Shown here piece after piece: positions 18,808-27,802 of a stretch of 32,000 nt of DNA. Each line of letters starts with the position of its first letter. Within the stretch, counting starts at the first letter, position 1. The notes beneath the pieces are model-generated. The model searched no databases, was not told the origin of the DNA, and was given only the letters and a program-made list of their open reading frames with translations. Made by a program: the position numbers and the translations under genes. This DNA comes from Synechocystis sp. PCC 6803 substr. PCC-P (GTDB lineage Bacteria; Cyanobacteriota; Cyanobacteriia; Cyanobacteriales; Microcystaceae). The DNA is taken from NCBI RefSeq assembly GCF_000284455.1, contig NC_017039.1, positions 2,880,001 through 2,912,000 on the forward strand. The letters are read 5' to 3'.

Positions 18808-19806
18808 ATGGCATCAACAGATTTCAAAGACTATTACCAAATTTTGGGAGTGACCAAAACCGCTTCAGAAGCTGAAATCAAAAAGCAGTTTCGTAAATTA
18901 GCACTGAAATATCATCCTGACAAAAATCCTGGGGATAAGGCGGCGGAGGAAAAATTTAAGGAAATTAGCGAAGCCTATGAGGTGCTTTCTGACCCCGAAA
19001 AACGCCAGAAATATGACCAATTTGGCCGCTATTGGCAACAGGCTGGCACGGCAGGACAACCCAGTGGCAGCTACGGCCCTGGAGTCGGCGTGGATTTTGG
19101 TGGCTTTGACTTTAGCCAGTACGGCAATTTTGACGAATTTATTAATGAACTGTTGGGACGCTTCAATACCCCCGGTGGCGGCGGTCAGAGAACTTCCTAC
19201 AGCTATTCCACCGGCGGCCCTGGCTTTAATGACTTTGGTGGTTTTGGCAATGCCCAGGCCCCCGCAGGCGATCGGGAAGCAACCCTACAGTTAACTTTGG
19301 CGGAAGCTTTTCGGGGAGTGGAAAAACGTCTCAACTTAGGGGAAGAAATGGTCACTGTGCGGATTCCCGCCGGAGCGAAAAATGGCAGTCGAGTACGGGT
19401 GAGGGGCAAAGGTATGGCCAGTCCTTACGGTCAAAGGGGGGATTTGTATCTCAACTTGCAACTGACCCCCCATCCATTTTTCCAATTTGAAGGGGATAAC
19501 CTGGTCTGTGAATTGGCGATCGCCCCGGACGAAGCGGTGTTGGGGGCCGATATTAGTGTACCGACCCCCGATGGCATGGTGCGAATGAAAGTCCCGGCAG
19601 GAGTCAAATCCGGCCAATCCCTGCGGTTAAAAGGGAAAGGTTGGCCGAACCCTAAACAGGGCCGTGGTGACCAGTTAGTACGCCTAATCATCACTGCTCC
19701 GAAAAATCCCAGCGCCATTGAACGGGAATGCTATGAAAAAATTCAGGCGCAACGGACAGAAAATCCCCGCCAAGCGGTGGAAAAATACGCCAATTTGTTG
19801 GCATAG
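18808..19806 (+). CDS. DnaJ/CbpA-type co-chaperone (type II Hsp40, no zinc finger)
   Basis: J domain [35 protein letters not shown], Gly/Phe-rich linker, C-terminal substrate-binding domains, and no CxxCxGxG repeats. Confidence 0.93.
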   Translation: MASTDFKDYYQILGVTKTASEAEIKKQFRKLALKYHPDKNPGDKAAEEKFKEISEAYEVLSDPEKRQKYDQFGRYWQQAGTAGQPSGSYGPGVGVDFGGFDFSQYGNFDEFINELLGRFNTPGGGGQRTSYSYSTGGPGFNDFGGFGNAQAPAGDREATLQLTLAEAFRGVEKRLNLGEEMVTVRIPAGAKNGSRVRVRGKGMASPYGQRGDLYLNLQLTPHPFFQFEGDNLVCELAIAPDEAVLGADISVPTPDGMVRMKVPAGVKSGQSLRLKGKGWPNPKQGRGDQLVRLIITAPKNPSAIERECYEKIQAQRTENPRQAVEKYANLLA

Positions 19807-19816
19807 GTTGCCATAG

Positions 19817-20497
<681 letters not shown>

Positions 20498-20535
20498 CCA
20501 TTATCCAATTCTCGATTAATCGAATTTAGTAATGG
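20498..20535. repeat. Imperfect inverted repeat/hairpin immediately 3' of the O-methyltransferase gene; possible terminator
   Basis: CCATTA tcc AATTC tcgattaatc GAATT tag TAATGG. Begins directly after the TAG stop; no long T-run. Confidence 0.45.
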
Positions 20536-20658
20536 GGGACGTGGACGGGGGTAGAACTTAATTCCTGTCCGGAAATGCTGATGGTTGTGGGTTCCAGATT
20601 CATAACCCTGGTCTATGCTGACGATTAGCAATCTTGATGCAATTCCCCTTCCTTTTCC

Positions 20659-22329
20659 ATGGCTACTACCCTGCTTTCCCCCACCCGTTTTGTCCATGGA
20701 CTTCGTTTCGATAATCTGCGGGGGGATATTTTCGGTGGCATCACAGCGGCGATCGTAGCCCTACCTTTAGCCCTGGCTTTTGGGGTTGCCTCGGGAGCTG
20801 GGCCCATTGCGGGACTGTACGGAGCTATTTGTACGGGATTTTTCGCTGCTCTATTTGGGGGAACGCCAGCCCAAATTAGCGGCCCCACGGGGCCCATGAC
20901 GGTGGTGATGGCTTCCACTTTTGCTAATTTAACCGCTAGTAATCCAGAAAATGGCTGGGCCATGGCTCTCACGGTGGTGATGTTTGGCGGGATTTTTCAA
21001 GTAGTTTTAGGCTTACTCGGTTTGGGTAAATACATCACCTTTATGCCCTACACCGTCATTTCCGGTTTTATGTCCGGCATTGGCGTGATCATTGTGATTT
21101 TGCAAATTGCACCCCTGTTGGGCCACCAAACAGCCCCTGGGGTAGTGCCTTCCCTGCAAGCAATTCCCACTTATCTCAACGATGTTAATTTTGCCGCCCT
21201 GGGTTTGGGCTTGATTGCCCTGGCGATCGTCTTTTTTTCTCCGCCCCGCCTTAACCGGATTTTGCCCGCTCCCCTGATCGCCCTGGTGCTGGGAACGATA
21301 ATTTCAATGATTTTTTTCGGGAATGTATCTCTACCCCGCATTGGGGAAATTCCCTCTGGTTTGCCCAGCCTTCATTTGCCCTATCTCAGTTGGGGTAGTT
21401 TGCAACAAATGTTGCTTTACAGCATCATGTTGGCGGTGCTGGGTTCCCTAGACTCTTTGCTGACTTCCCTGGTGGCAGATAACATTAGTCGCAGTCATCA
21501 CGATTCCGATCGCGAATTAGTAGGGCAGGGCATTGGCAATCTTGTTTCGGGCCTATGCGGTGGTTTGCCAGGGGCTGGGGCCACTATGCGGACGGTGATT
21601 AATATCAATTCCGGTGGCAAAACTCCGATCGCCGGGATGATCCATGCGTTGATTTTGTTAATGATTGTCCTTAAAGCGGGACAGTTGACAGAACCCATTC
21701 CCCACGCTGTTTTGGCCGGCATTCTCATCAAAGTGGGTATTGACATTGTCGATTGGAGTTTTCTCAAGCGGGCCCACCAACTTTCCACCAAAGGAGCGGG
21801 GTTAATGTACTTGGTGCTGGGATTGACCGTCTTTGTGGATTTGATTACGGCGGTGGCGGTGGGGGTCTTTGTGGCCAATCTGTTCACTGTGAAAAATTTG
21901 ACCGATCTTCAACTCGAATCGATTAAAAGCGTAACCAGGGCCGATGGGGAGGACTGGCTACTAGAGGAAGAACAACAAATTTTGCGGGCAGCCAATGGTC
22001 GCATTTTTATGTTCCATCTCAGTGGGCCCATGAGTTTTGGGGCGGCGAAATCCATTGCCCGCAGGTTAGCCATTGTGGAAAATTACGATGTGCTCATCCT
22101 CGATTTGGCCACGGTACCCCGCTTGGGCGTCACTGCCCTACTGGCGATCGAAACCATGCTCAAAGATGCGTTGGCCAAACAAAGGGAAGTTTTTTTGGTG
22201 GGGGCCAAGGGGCAAGTCCAGGCTCGTTTGCAAAGGTTGCCGGTATTGGCCCAATTATCTCCCCACCATCGCTTGGAAAGCCGTTTATTAGCTTTACAAA
22301 TGGCCGCCGTCTGCATCAATGTTGATTAG
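20659..22329 (+). CDS. SulP-family anion transporter with C-terminal STAS domain
   Basis: DIFGGITAAIVALPLALAFGVASGAGPIAGLYGAI, GLLGLGKYITFMPYTVISGFMSGIGVIIV, C-terminal IFMFHLSGPMSFGAAKSIARR...DVLILDLATVPRLGVTALLAIE. Confidence 0.93.
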   Translation: MATTLLSPTRFVHGLRFDNLRGDIFGGITAAIVALPLALAFGVASGAGPIAGLYGAICTGFFAALFGGTPAQISGPTGPMTVVMASTFANLTASNPENGWAMALTVVMFGGIFQVVLGLLGLGKYITFMPYTVISGFMSGIGVIIVILQIAPLLGHQTAPGVVPSLQAIPTYLNDVNFAALGLGLIALAIVFFSPPRLNRILPAPLIALVLGTIISMIFFGNVSLPRIGEIPSGLPSLHLPYLSWGSLQQMLLYSIMLAVLGSLDSLLTSLVADNISRSHHDSDRELVGQGIGNLVSGLCGGLPGAGATMRTVININSGGKTPIAGMIHALILLMIVLKAGQLTEPIPHAVLAGILIKVGIDIVDWSFLKRAHQLSTKGAGLMYLVLGLTVFVDLITAVAVGVFVANLFTVKNLTDLQLESIKSVTRADGEDWLLEEEQQILRAANGRIFMFHLSGPMSFGAAKSIARRLAIVENYDVLILDLATVPRLGVTALLAIETMLKDALAKQREVFLVGAKGQVQARLQRLPVLAQLSPHHRLESRLLALQMAAVCINVD

Positions 22330-22358
22330 ATGCTTGATGGCCACGGAGCCAGGGATTT

Positions 22359-23063
22359 ATGTTTGGCAAATATCGACAGAAAAATCTTGATAACTGGCAT
22401 TACCGCAATCTGTTTTGGTCAATTGTTTTATTACTATTTTTTACCATGTTTGTGAAAACGAGAATGGGGGGAACTATTACTTCCATCTTGTTCACGGTGA
22501 CTATTTTGGTAATGGTAAAAAATATGGCCATCAGCTCTCTTTGGAAAACTTTTCTACGGGGACTAGTGGCGATCGCCTTGGGCTGTGATTTATTAACTTT
22601 GTTGATTAGTAATCCCACCATTTCCCAAAGACTCTTTACTTGGGCGGATATAGTCTATGCGGTGTTCTTCGGGGCGGCAGTGATTACCATTAGCCAACAA
22701 TTGAATAAGGTCCAGAAAGTAGACCAAAATGCTTTATTAGGAGCTATCAGTGTCTATTTACTGATTGGAGTCTTTTGGTTTTTACTCTACCGGATATCCT
22801 ATATTATTTCCCCCACTAATTTTAACGAATTACAAAGTGATGGGATTAATAATTTCATCTTGCTCTATTTTAGCTTTACGACCTTGACCACCCTGGGCTA
22901 CGGTGACATAACTCCTACGGATTCCATTGCCATGGGATTGTCCAACATGGAAGCCATTGTCGGTCAAATGTACTCGGTTATTTTTGTTGCTCGCCTGGTT
23001 AGTCTTTACACGACTGACCTCAATTGCCACAGTCAGATCCGGGAAGAACAGGAATCTGATTAG
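22359..23063 (+). CDS. Potassium channel-like ion channel protein
   Basis: Multiple hydrophobic helices followed by a pore loop with selectivity filter TTLTTLGYGDITP and a final TM helix. Confidence 0.88.
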   Translation: MFGKYRQKNLDNWHYRNLFWSIVLLLFFTMFVKTRMGGTITSILFTVTILVMVKNMAISSLWKTFLRGLVAIALGCDLLTLLISNPTISQRLFTWADIVYAVFFGAAVITISQQLNKVQKVDQNALLGAISVYLLIGVFWFLLYRISYIISPTNFNELQSDGINNFILLYFSFTTLTTLGYGDITPTDSIAMGLSNMEAIVGQMYSVIFVARLVSLYTTDLNCHSQIREEQESD

Positions 23064-23142
23064 AGCCCATGCGAGAAAATTCATCCCTTGGCACAATGGT
23101 AAAAGCGAAACCAAGCCCAAACAGTATTACTTAACTTATTTC

Positions 23143-23316
23143 ATGGTTGTCTCCGCCACCGATCATTCCGACAGAACCACTTCCCAAACTGGCGATCGCC
23201 AAGGATCATCACCTTCCTCGTCGGATTCGGAACCCATTCTTTGTCCCCATTGTCGCCGCACCGCCAGTAATGGTATTAAATGCAAGGGAATTTGCGTTGC
23301 TGACAGCGATTACTGA
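23143..23316 (+). CDS. 57-aa protein with a CxxC-x9-CxxxC motif
   Basis: ATG at 23143; MVVSATDHSDRTTSQTGDRQGSSPSSSDSEPILCPHCRRTASNGIKCKGICVADSDY. The Cys-rich C-terminus looks like a structured metal site. Stop codon overlaps the 3' end of the opposing ABC gene. Confidence 0.65.
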   Translation: MVVSATDHSDRTTSQTGDRQGSSPSSSDSEPILCPHCRRTASNGIKCKGICVADSDY

Positions 23317-24338
23317 GCATTTTCTGAATTTTTATTGCTTTCTTCTGGATTTTCGGGTTTTTCTTCGGGCAATTCCACGGCCATTTCTTCGTCCACCGCC
23401 TCGCTAGTAATCAGATTTAAAAACACATCTTCCAAAGTGGGGCGTAGCCGTTGCATTTCGTATAAATCCCAACCCTGGGTGACGATCGCCTGGGCTAATT
23501 GTTGCCCCAGTTCTTCCAGTTGATTACTCCGCACCAAAATTTGTTGGCGTTCCTGCTGTTGGGGGTGGGTTTTAGTTTGCACCTCTTCCACACCGGGCAA
23601 GGACTGTAAACAATGGGCGATCGCCATTCCTTCTGCCCCAGCTACTTCCAACTGATAACTGAGATTTCCTTTTAGCTCCGCCAGTAAATTGTCCGGGGTA
23701 TTGGTGGCCACCACCCGCCCTTGATTGATGATGGTCACCCGGTCACAGGTCATGCTCACCTCCGGCAAAATATGGGTGGAAAGGATAATAGTATGGTCCT
23801 CTGCCAAACTTTTAATTAAATTACGCACCTCAATAATTTGCTTCGGGTCTAGACCCACGGTGGGTTCATCCAAAATAATCACCGCTGGATCATGGACAAT
23901 GGCCTGGGCAATGCCCACCCGTTGCTTAAAACCCTTGGACAGCTTGCGAATTAGGACTTTGCGTTTTTCCGTTAACTGGCACCGTTCCATGGCCCAGATC
24001 ACCCTTTGCCGGCGATCGCCTGGTTTAACGCCCTTAATGCTAGCCACAAAGTTTAAAAAGCTGGCCACAGTCATATCCCCATAGAGGGGAGGATTTTCCG
24101 GTAGGTAACCAATGCGCTTTCGTACCGCCAGGGATTGTTCATGGACATCAAACCCTGCCACCCGCACTGTCCCGGTAGTGGCCGGAATGTAACCAGCCAA
24201 AATCCGCATGGTGGTGGTTTTCCCCGCTCCATTGGGCCCCAAAAAACCGAGAATTTCGCCTTTTTGCACCGAAAAGTCCACATTCTGGATGGCAGTGGTG
24301 GAACCGTAAACTTTGCTGAGATGTTCAACCTCAATCAT
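23310..24338 (-). CDS. ABC transporter ATP-binding protein (ABC-2/GldA-like)
   Basis: IEVEHLSKVYGSTTAIQNVDFSV, GFLGPNGAGKTTTMRIL, LSKGFKQRVGIAQAIVHDPAVIILDEPTVGLDP, STHIL. Confidence 0.95.
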   Translation of the reverse strand: MIEVEHLSKVYGSTTAIQNVDFSVQKGEILGFLGPNGAGKTTTMRILAGYIPATTGTVRVAGFDVHEQSLAVRKRIGYLPENPPLYGDMTVASFLNFVASIKGVKPGDRRQRVIWAMERCQLTEKRKVLIRKLSKGFKQRVGIAQAIVHDPAVIILDEPTVGLDPKQIIEVRNLIKSLAEDHTIILSTHILPEVSMTCDRVTIINQGRVVATNTPDNLLAELKGNLSYQLEVAGAEGMAIAHCLQSLPGVEEVQTKTHPQQQERQQILVRSNQLEELGQQLAQAIVTQGWDLYEMQRLRPTLEDVFLNLITSEAVDEEMAVELPEEKPENPEESNKNSENAQ

Positions 24339-24624
24339 GGCAGGGGAAATTAGTGAGTAAACAACCTGGGCACATTATGCCCCTTTCTCGGCCGGCCGCT
24401 CAAACGGATGAGTCACTCAGAATAGCTTCTAGATTTGCTCATTTTTTCAATAATCTGTTAGCCAGATCTGATCAGCCCTGTAAACTGACCCAATCAAGCG
24501 ACCGCAATACTGGAGTTTTGGGAAAACAGACTCTAACTTTTGGCAATCTTCTCTTTACCTTTAAAATGGATTAAGGCTGTTCTGAAAAAAGCCATTGCCA
24601 CTCAATTTCACCAATCTTTTCCCC

Positions 24625-25257
24625 ATGCCGGAGTCATCCACCCCTTCCCTGCTGATCCCCAACTTTCCCCCCCGGGCGGCGGCGGTACATCGAGTTACCA
24701 AAGAAACTGATGTGCGGGTGAGTTTGAATTTGATGGGCAGTGGTTTGTGCCATGTGGCTACGGGGGTGCCTTTTTTGGATCATATGTTGCACCAGATTGC
24801 CTCCCACGGCTTGATTGACCTGGAAGTGAACGCCACCGGAGATATTGAAATTGACGACCACCACACTAACGAGGATGTGGGCATTACCCTTGGTCAAGCC
24901 TTAGCTGAAGCCCTTGGCGATCGCCGGGGCATTAATCGTTTTGGTCATTTCATTGCTCCCTTGGATGAAGCTTTGGTGCAGGTGACCTTAGACTTTTCCG
25001 GGCGGCCCCACCTCAGCTATGGCCTACAAATTCCCACGGAACGGGTGGGTACCTACGACACCCAATTGGTTCGGGAATTTTTTGTGGCCGTGGTGAACCA
25101 CAGTCAAATGACCCTCCACATCCGCCAGCTTGACGGCATTAATTCCCATCACATTATCGAAGCGACCTTTAAAGCCTTTGCTCGGGCCATGCGTATGGCG
25201 ATCGAGGTTGACCCCCGTCGGGCTGATACCATTCCCAGTTCCAAAGGGGTTTTATAG
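24625..25257 (+). CDS. hisB: Imidazoleglycerol-phosphate dehydratase
   Basis: [74 protein letters not shown]. Confidence 0.97.
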
Positions 25258-25274
25258 ATTAAAGTTGGCCAGTA

Positions 25275-25886
25275 TTAACTGGAAAAAATTCTTTGCAGAG
25301 ATAGGGTAAACCCTGGCAAAATAGTTTCTCCGGATAGGTTGCTGGGATTTTCTAATATTTCTACTGGCTGTCCAGAGCGGTAAATTTCCACCTTTTTATT
25401 TTGGGGGTCAATCAGCCAGCCCAACTGAGCGCCGTTTTCCATATATTCCTGCATCTTTTCCTGCAATTTTTTGAGGCTGTCGGTTTTAGAACGCAATTCC
25501 ACTACAAAATCGGGACAAAGGGGCATAAATCCTTGTCGTTGTTCCTGGGTGAGGGATTCCCAGCGCGCCTTAGTAACCCAAGATGCATCCGGCGATCGAT
25601 TGGCCCCATTGGGCAACTCAAACCCCGTGGAGGAATCAAACCCTTCCCCAAGGCGATCGTTAGCTTCACACCAGATACCGAGTTGAGTAGTCAAATGAAA
25701 ATTACGATTACCCGATTCGCCACCAGTGGGGGGATTCACAATTAATATTCCTGTTGCTGTACGTTCAAGCCTTAAATCTCGATTTTCCGCCGCTAAAATG
25801 GCAAATTGGGCCGGCGTGACCTGTAGGGCCAGTTCTTCGGGAATATTCAACGGCAGTGATTTCGGATCATCAACGACCTGAACCAT
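25275..25886 (-). CDS. Uma2-family protein (putative PD-(D/E)XK nuclease fold, DUF820)
   Basis: FDSSTGFELPNGANRSPDASWVTKARW, PDFVVELRSKTDSLKKLQEKMQEYMENGAQLGWLIDPQNKKVEIYR. ATG at 25886 preferred to the 25922 start. Confidence 0.88.
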   Translation of the reverse strand: MVQVVDDPKSLPLNIPEELALQVTPAQFAILAAENRDLRLERTATGILIVNPPTGGESGNRNFHLTTQLGIWCEANDRLGEGFDSSTGFELPNGANRSPDASWVTKARWESLTQEQRQGFMPLCPDFVVELRSKTDSLKKLQEKMQEYMENGAQLGWLIDPQNKKVEIYRSGQPVEILENPSNLSGETILPGFTLSLQRIFSS

Positions 25887-26002
25887 GGCAATTTCCTCTG
25901 TGCAACCAGGGGGACTTTTCAATTTTAGTCCTTAGCCCCCGTCTGCGAAGTTTCAGTTTATCTTCCCAATTTCAGGGCATCGAGAAGTCGTAAAAGCAGC
26001 CC

Positions 26003-27211
26003 CTATGAGTTGCCGAGGGTCAGTAGTTGCCGAGTTTGCAGGCTCCGCACCAATGCCAAGTCGATGGATCGATCGCCTAGGTCGGTTAGAACTTTTTCCA
26101 CGTTTGCTTGAATTTCTGTCTGAGCTTCTACTGCCTGGAGAAACTTAAATTCCTCTTCGGTTAACTCTAAGGGCTGATAGTTATAGTCAAATAAACTGCG
26201 GCTCGGCCAACCAGTCAGGCAAGGATGAAGATTGGGCAGGGCTTTGAGTAAGGTTTGATCGTCCGTCCAATCACTAATTTGTATGGGGGGTTTAGCCAAG
26301 AAAAATTCGTAGTGGGTAATTTCGGGGTCTAATAATTCAATTAGACGATATCGTTCCTTTTCGCTTAAATCTTTAGCCCGTTCCATTAAATCCGGTGCTT
26401 TGCCTAACAGGCGATCTAGTTGCCAATAATCAGGGTTGGAAAAGCCCAAAAATTCCAGTCCAGCCGAGTCGATTAATTCAAATAACGTATCAATGTTATA
26501 GTCCGTTTCTTGGGGATGGACATACATATCCGCAAAGGATTCATCCCGATGATTTTCCAGGGACCAACGCTCTTTTTCCCTTTTCACTAAACGGTTATAT
26601 TCCGGCAAACTCGCAAAAATTTCTCGACCCACCGCAACCCCATCCTGGTAATCGCCCCGTTTTTTCCCCTGTAGGATGGCGATCGCCTTTTGCATGAGTT
26701 GAATTTCCCAGCGGCCGATTTCAGCGTAAACAAAAATGTGGAATAAACCACCGGGGGCCAATTTTTCCGCTACGGCCTGAATTCCAGCCACTGGATCGGG
26801 CAAATGATGCAGTACACCGACGGAATTGATGTAATCAAATTGTCCGGGAAGATGGGCCAGATTTTCCAGGGATAAATGGTGGAAATGCACCCGATCACAA
26901 ACCACACCGGACTTTTGCAACCTTGTTTGGGCAACGGCTAAAGCCCCTTCACTGATGTCCACGGCATGAACTTCCGCTTCCGGGTTGAGGTGGACTAAAT
27001 ATTCCGTGCCGACTCCAGTGCCACAACCCGCATCCAAAATGCGAACCTTTTGATTAGCCGGCCGCCGTCCTAAACAAAAATTATGGGCCGCAGTCCATTG
27101 CCAGCGCCAGTTGTAACCCGGAGGTGGTTCCTGTAGCAGGGGTTCGGGGGGGAAGGGATAGGTGTTGTAGAGGGCCTGAACTGCGCGGTGCTGGTCGGAG
27201 TTGGACAACAT
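26003..27211 (-). CDS. Class I SAM-dependent methyltransferase
   Basis: VRILDAGCGTGVGTEYLVHLNPEAEVHAVDISEGAL, FDYINSVGVLHHLPDPVAGI, LAPGGLFHIFVY. Confidence 0.9.
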   Translation of the reverse strand: MLSNSDQHRAVQALYNTYPFPPEPLLQEPPPGYNWRWQWTAAHNFCLGRRPANQKVRILDAGCGTGVGTEYLVHLNPEAEVHAVDISEGALAVAQTRLQKSGVVCDRVHFHHLSLENLAHLPGQFDYINSVGVLHHLPDPVAGIQAVAEKLAPGGLFHIFVYAEIGRWEIQLMQKAIAILQGKKRGDYQDGVAVGREIFASLPEYNRLVKREKERWSLENHRDESFADMYVHPQETDYNIDTLFELIDSAGLEFLGFSNPDYWQLDRLLGKAPDLMERAKDLSEKERYRLIELLDPEITHYEFFLAKPPIQISDWTDDQTLLKALPNLHPCLTGWPSRSLFDYNYQPLELTEEEFKFLQAVEAQTEIQANVEKVLTDLGDRSIDLALVRSLQTRQLLTLGNS

Positions 27212-27320
27212 AATTGGGAAAAAACTGGAGCTTTGGCGATCGCCAGAGGAATGGGGGCAAAATTTTCGCCCTGGTTTTTAATAATCACCTAATATCGGCC
27301 CACCGCCTAGGGGATAGCGG

Positions 27321-27629
27321 TTAATCCTCCGGCAAACGAACCTGCAAACCTTCGGGCACAATATCTAATCCCAGCAAAACTTTTTCCGTATTGGACATAT
27401 CGCCGATAATCCGCTGTAGGGGAGGGGGCAATTGTTTGATCAAGGTGGGGGTGACCATGATTTTTTCCTCTTCCGCCCGTTGAGGCTGTTCCAACACGTC
27501 AATGATTTCAACATTGTACTGATCCCCTAGATCTTCTTGGCAAATGCGGTAAATATTGGCGATCGCCTGCTGAGAACGCACCGAATTACCCGTGATATAA
27601 AGTCTTAACACAATCCTATTCATATCCAT
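27321..27629 (-). CDS. kaiB3: Divergent KaiB homologue (KaiB3)
   Basis: IVLRLYITGNSVRSQQAIANIYRICQEDLGDQYNVEIIDVLEQPQRAEEEKIMVTPTLIKQLPPPLQRIIGDMSNTEKVLLGLDIVPEG carries the KaiB signatures. Alternative ATG at 27623. Confidence 0.93.
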   Translation of the reverse strand: MDMNRIVLRLYITGNSVRSQQAIANIYRICQEDLGDQYNVEIIDVLEQPQRAEEEKIMVTPTLIKQLPPPLQRIIGDMSNTEKVLLGLDIVPEGLQVRLPED

Positions 27630-27802
27630 CGCTGATAACAAATAAAGCCAATGCTTAAATCTAGCTCAATTAATCTGGGGTCAGTAACCTGAATTAAAGG
27701 AAATTTAAATAAAACAATCAAATAATGGATTATTAATCTAGTTAAAACAAAGTGTAATAGGTTATAGTTAAACAACTAAACAATCAAGCAAAGATAATTA
27801 AT

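Noticed and set aside
21498-21887. 129-aa minus-strand ORF within the SulP gene
   Set aside because: Antisense shadow of a conserved transporter-coding region.
22927-23142. N-terminal extension of the 129-aa ORF containing the 57-aa protein
   Set aside because: The upstream part overlaps the K+ channel gene in another frame. The ATG at 23143 gives a coherent small protein.
24353-24574. 73-aa plus-strand ORF upstream of hisB
   Set aside because: No recognisable motif or domain; more likely the 5' region of hisB.
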